Of a stretch of 64,000 nucleotides of DNA, positions 61,299-64,000 are shown in pieces. How positions within the stretch are numbered: the first letter of the stretch is position 1; each line of letters begins with the position of its first letter. A program made the translations under genes and the position numbers. The DNA comes from Chrysomallon squamiferum (taxonomy: Eukaryota > Animalia > Mollusca), in the NCBI GenBank assembly GCA_012295275.1, contig CM022678.1, positions 11,904,001 through 11,968,000 on the forward strand. The letters run 5' to 3'. The notes beneath the pieces are model-generated. The model worked only from the letters and a program-made list of their open reading frames with translations, did no database searches and was not told where the DNA came from.

Positions 61299-63787
61299 TA
61301 ACTAGACGTGTATGTCTGTTAGTATATAATACAACCAATACATTCATTCACACAGTCAGTGTTTGTATCTGAGTGTATGTGTGTATGAATATATACATAA
61401 AGACAATAAACCTATAGAGATAGGTAGATAAATGTGTTTTAATGTGACATGCATCTGATACACGCATACATACAGACAGATAGCTTAATGCACATCCTAC
61501 TGCATGTGTATATATGTATGATAGAAAGTCTATATATATTTAGAGAGCAAAGCTGGAATGGCTTTTCTGGATTTTTCAAAAACAAATTAATGCATAATTA
61601 TATACACTTTTTATAAAAATAAAACATTTTTTTTTTTCTTTTTAATGCAACCATACAGTCAAACTAAATAATACAACAAAATTAAAAAAATATATTTATA
61701 TATAAATATATAAAAGTATTTATTTTTCTAACTTAGAAAAATAAGGGGTTTTTCTTCTCTTTCTTTTCTGCTCTGACATTAACATTACATTAAATAAATT
61801 AAAATATCAAAGTTATTTAGTTAACACGTTTACAGAATTAACTAAAAATTATAAGTGAATATATTTTTTTTTACACCAGACAACTGCTTATGGTAAAGTA
61901 ATGAGTGTTCATTTGTTTTTGCTTTTTTAATCTGTATCTTTTTTTTTTTTTTTTTTTTTTTTTTTGCATTTCAAATCAAGAAAATGTTTTGTAAGTGTGC
62001 AGAATTATATTTAATATCTTTGTTAAGCATAACAAAAATAAAATAAAATTTAAAAAATCAATCAAAAAAAAATGTATGTAATGGTAGAATGTAACAAAAT
62101 TTAAACATTTTTGCCATTATGCTAATTCTATATATAAAAAAAAAATCGTCTATATATAACAAAAACAATTATGGGCAAAATTTCACCAGCGATGGTAAGG
62201 CGTGACATCTGTTGCAGCAAGTTGCTAAAGTAACACATTTCCCGTTCTAACTGACTGCTCCACTATTATTCGTATTTTCTTCTAGTGACTTGCCTGCAAT
62301 GATTAATAATAAAAATAAAGAAAAAATAGAAAGAAGGACAGAAATAAACTCAAATAAAATGAAATAAAATAATAAAATTAAAGAATGAAATAAACTCAAA
62401 TAAAATAAATGGTCCTTTCTAAAAGAAACATTCAAATTATTTGCTGTTCTGAGAAGTTCACTGCAGCTCTCATCTACCTTTGAAAAAAGTTGACAGCTGC
62501 ATTAAAATGGGTAGAACATGGCTTAGTCAGCAACATCGATGTGAAATTGTAAATTACTATTTGAGCAATTCATTTAGATAGTTTGACTCAACAGATTTAG
62601 GAATATTTCACATGGCAAAGCTGAGAGTAAATTAGAACGTTTACACATATATGTCATGTCTTATAATGTAAATTTGTAATGTTGCCTCACAAACAGAAAT
62701 GTTGTTTTGGTAAAACGTAAATCTCATTTGCTGATTCGTCATCACTGACAAACATGGCGGCGTAGAATAACCAGTCGGATGCCGTGCAATGTAATTTTGA
62801 GTTACAGCCTATTAATGTAGTCCAATGCATAAGCAGGTAAAAAAATGATCAATATTAATAGTTTTGAAAACATCTCGACTTTCATTTCTATGCATGTTTT
62901 TAGCTGAAATCAGTCAATAAAACTCGCTTTTTTGTGATTTTTAGTGTGACCTGTCAAACGTTTAAAGAAATTATGCTAAAATTAAGCACATTTTTTTTCC
63001 AAACTTCATCTTAAAGCCTCTGACATCACACCCCGTGCATCACGTATTACTGGAAAGTGGTTTATCTTATTCCATCAAAACCTGAGTTTTCATAATTTTC
63101 ACCATGTGACTCGTTATCCAGTGCTGCCACACAAATATCATTCTGTTTGTTTCCTGGTGACATATCAAACTTTGAGCAGTCATGCAAGATTACATTTTTC
63201 TTTTTAATATTTGAAACACTGAATTAATTACTGAAATCAAAACGTAATTTGACAAAATTATCCTAATTACGTTCTCTTTGTTGTTGTTGTTGTTCACCAT
63301 TTCATTGACTTGTTATAAACAAGTTTTTGCTTTATTTAACTTTTGATGGTTTATTTTTTCATCTTGTCTATAGAAAATTCTCCTGTGTGTTCATGTTTCA
63401 AAATTTGACATTCACTAAGAGAATTGTAATAATCATATTTTTATCATTAAGTATTGTTTTCTTTTAACAAACTGACAAAAACCTAGATTTAATTTATTTT
63501 ATTTTACTTTTAAAATGTTTTTTATTATTTTTTTTTTTTTTTTTGTTTTGTTGGTGAATGGAACAGTCCAATATTAATTAAATGTTATGACACAAGTAAA
63601 AATATGCTAATTAATATGCAAAATTAATTTTTATCTTCCGTGAATTAAATGTTAATCAAATACAACACAATGCTTATATTGTTTTTTTTTTTTTTTTTTT
63701 TGTCCCTTTTTCTCTAAATTATAAGCATATCTGTATACATTGTTATGCTGTCCAAGGTGATTACAAACTGATATTTATAATCTACAG

Positions 63788-63935
63788 GACAAAAATGTTC
63801 ATGGTAGTAGAATATACTGACAAGAAAGAAATCGCTGTGATCTCAATGAACTGTATGGAAGTGACAAGTGAGTTGTGTGGACCACATACAAGTCAACAGA
63901 ACTAGAGAGAGATCCAGAGAACTGACATCAACAAA
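63788..63935 (+). pseudogene. Degenerate exon (MFMVVEYTDKKEIAVISMNCME..VVW) resembling the N-terminus of DUF4806/transposon-associated proteins
   Basis: Acceptor tctacag| at 63787, ATG at 63795, M-F-x-V-V-E-[FY]...V...W pattern, frameshifted. A possible upstream first exon lies at 62750-62836 (aacatggcggc, gtaaaa donor). Confidence 0.3.
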
Positions 63936-64000
63936 ATGGAATTTTTATCCAATTCAATTAACATACAAATCAGTTAAGTTTTAATATTAATCCTTTATTA

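Overview
AT-rich, microsatellite-dense eukaryotic DNA with spliceosomal introns. It is probably an invertebrate and mollusc-like, though that is inference from gene content. There is a 200-N gap at 11629-11828, and several stretches look like noisy long-read consensus. In order along the window: (1) two minus-strand exons of a sialate O-acetylesterase (SIAE) gene, each running straight into a near-perfect minisatellite built from its own coding sequence (58-bp and 50-bp units); (2) a minus-strand RING/coiled-coil/NHL TRIM-like gene with no visible B-box and several frameshifts; (3) a LINE 3' remnant and a small Harbinger-like element carrying a MADF fragment; (4) a decayed multi-exon cbEGF/mucin-like pseudogene; (5) a ~27 kb cluster of local duplications (33.3-60.1 kb). 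The cluster repeats a module made of DIDO1/PHF3-like fragments (minus strand), a putative bidirectional promoter, a Tigger remnant and an uncharacterised plus-strand gene. That gene has three Ski/Dac-like candidate domains and a DEKVGGKK repeat, and is present as one near-intact and one deleted copy. All protein-family calls come from my own translation and remembered motifs, not from database searches.
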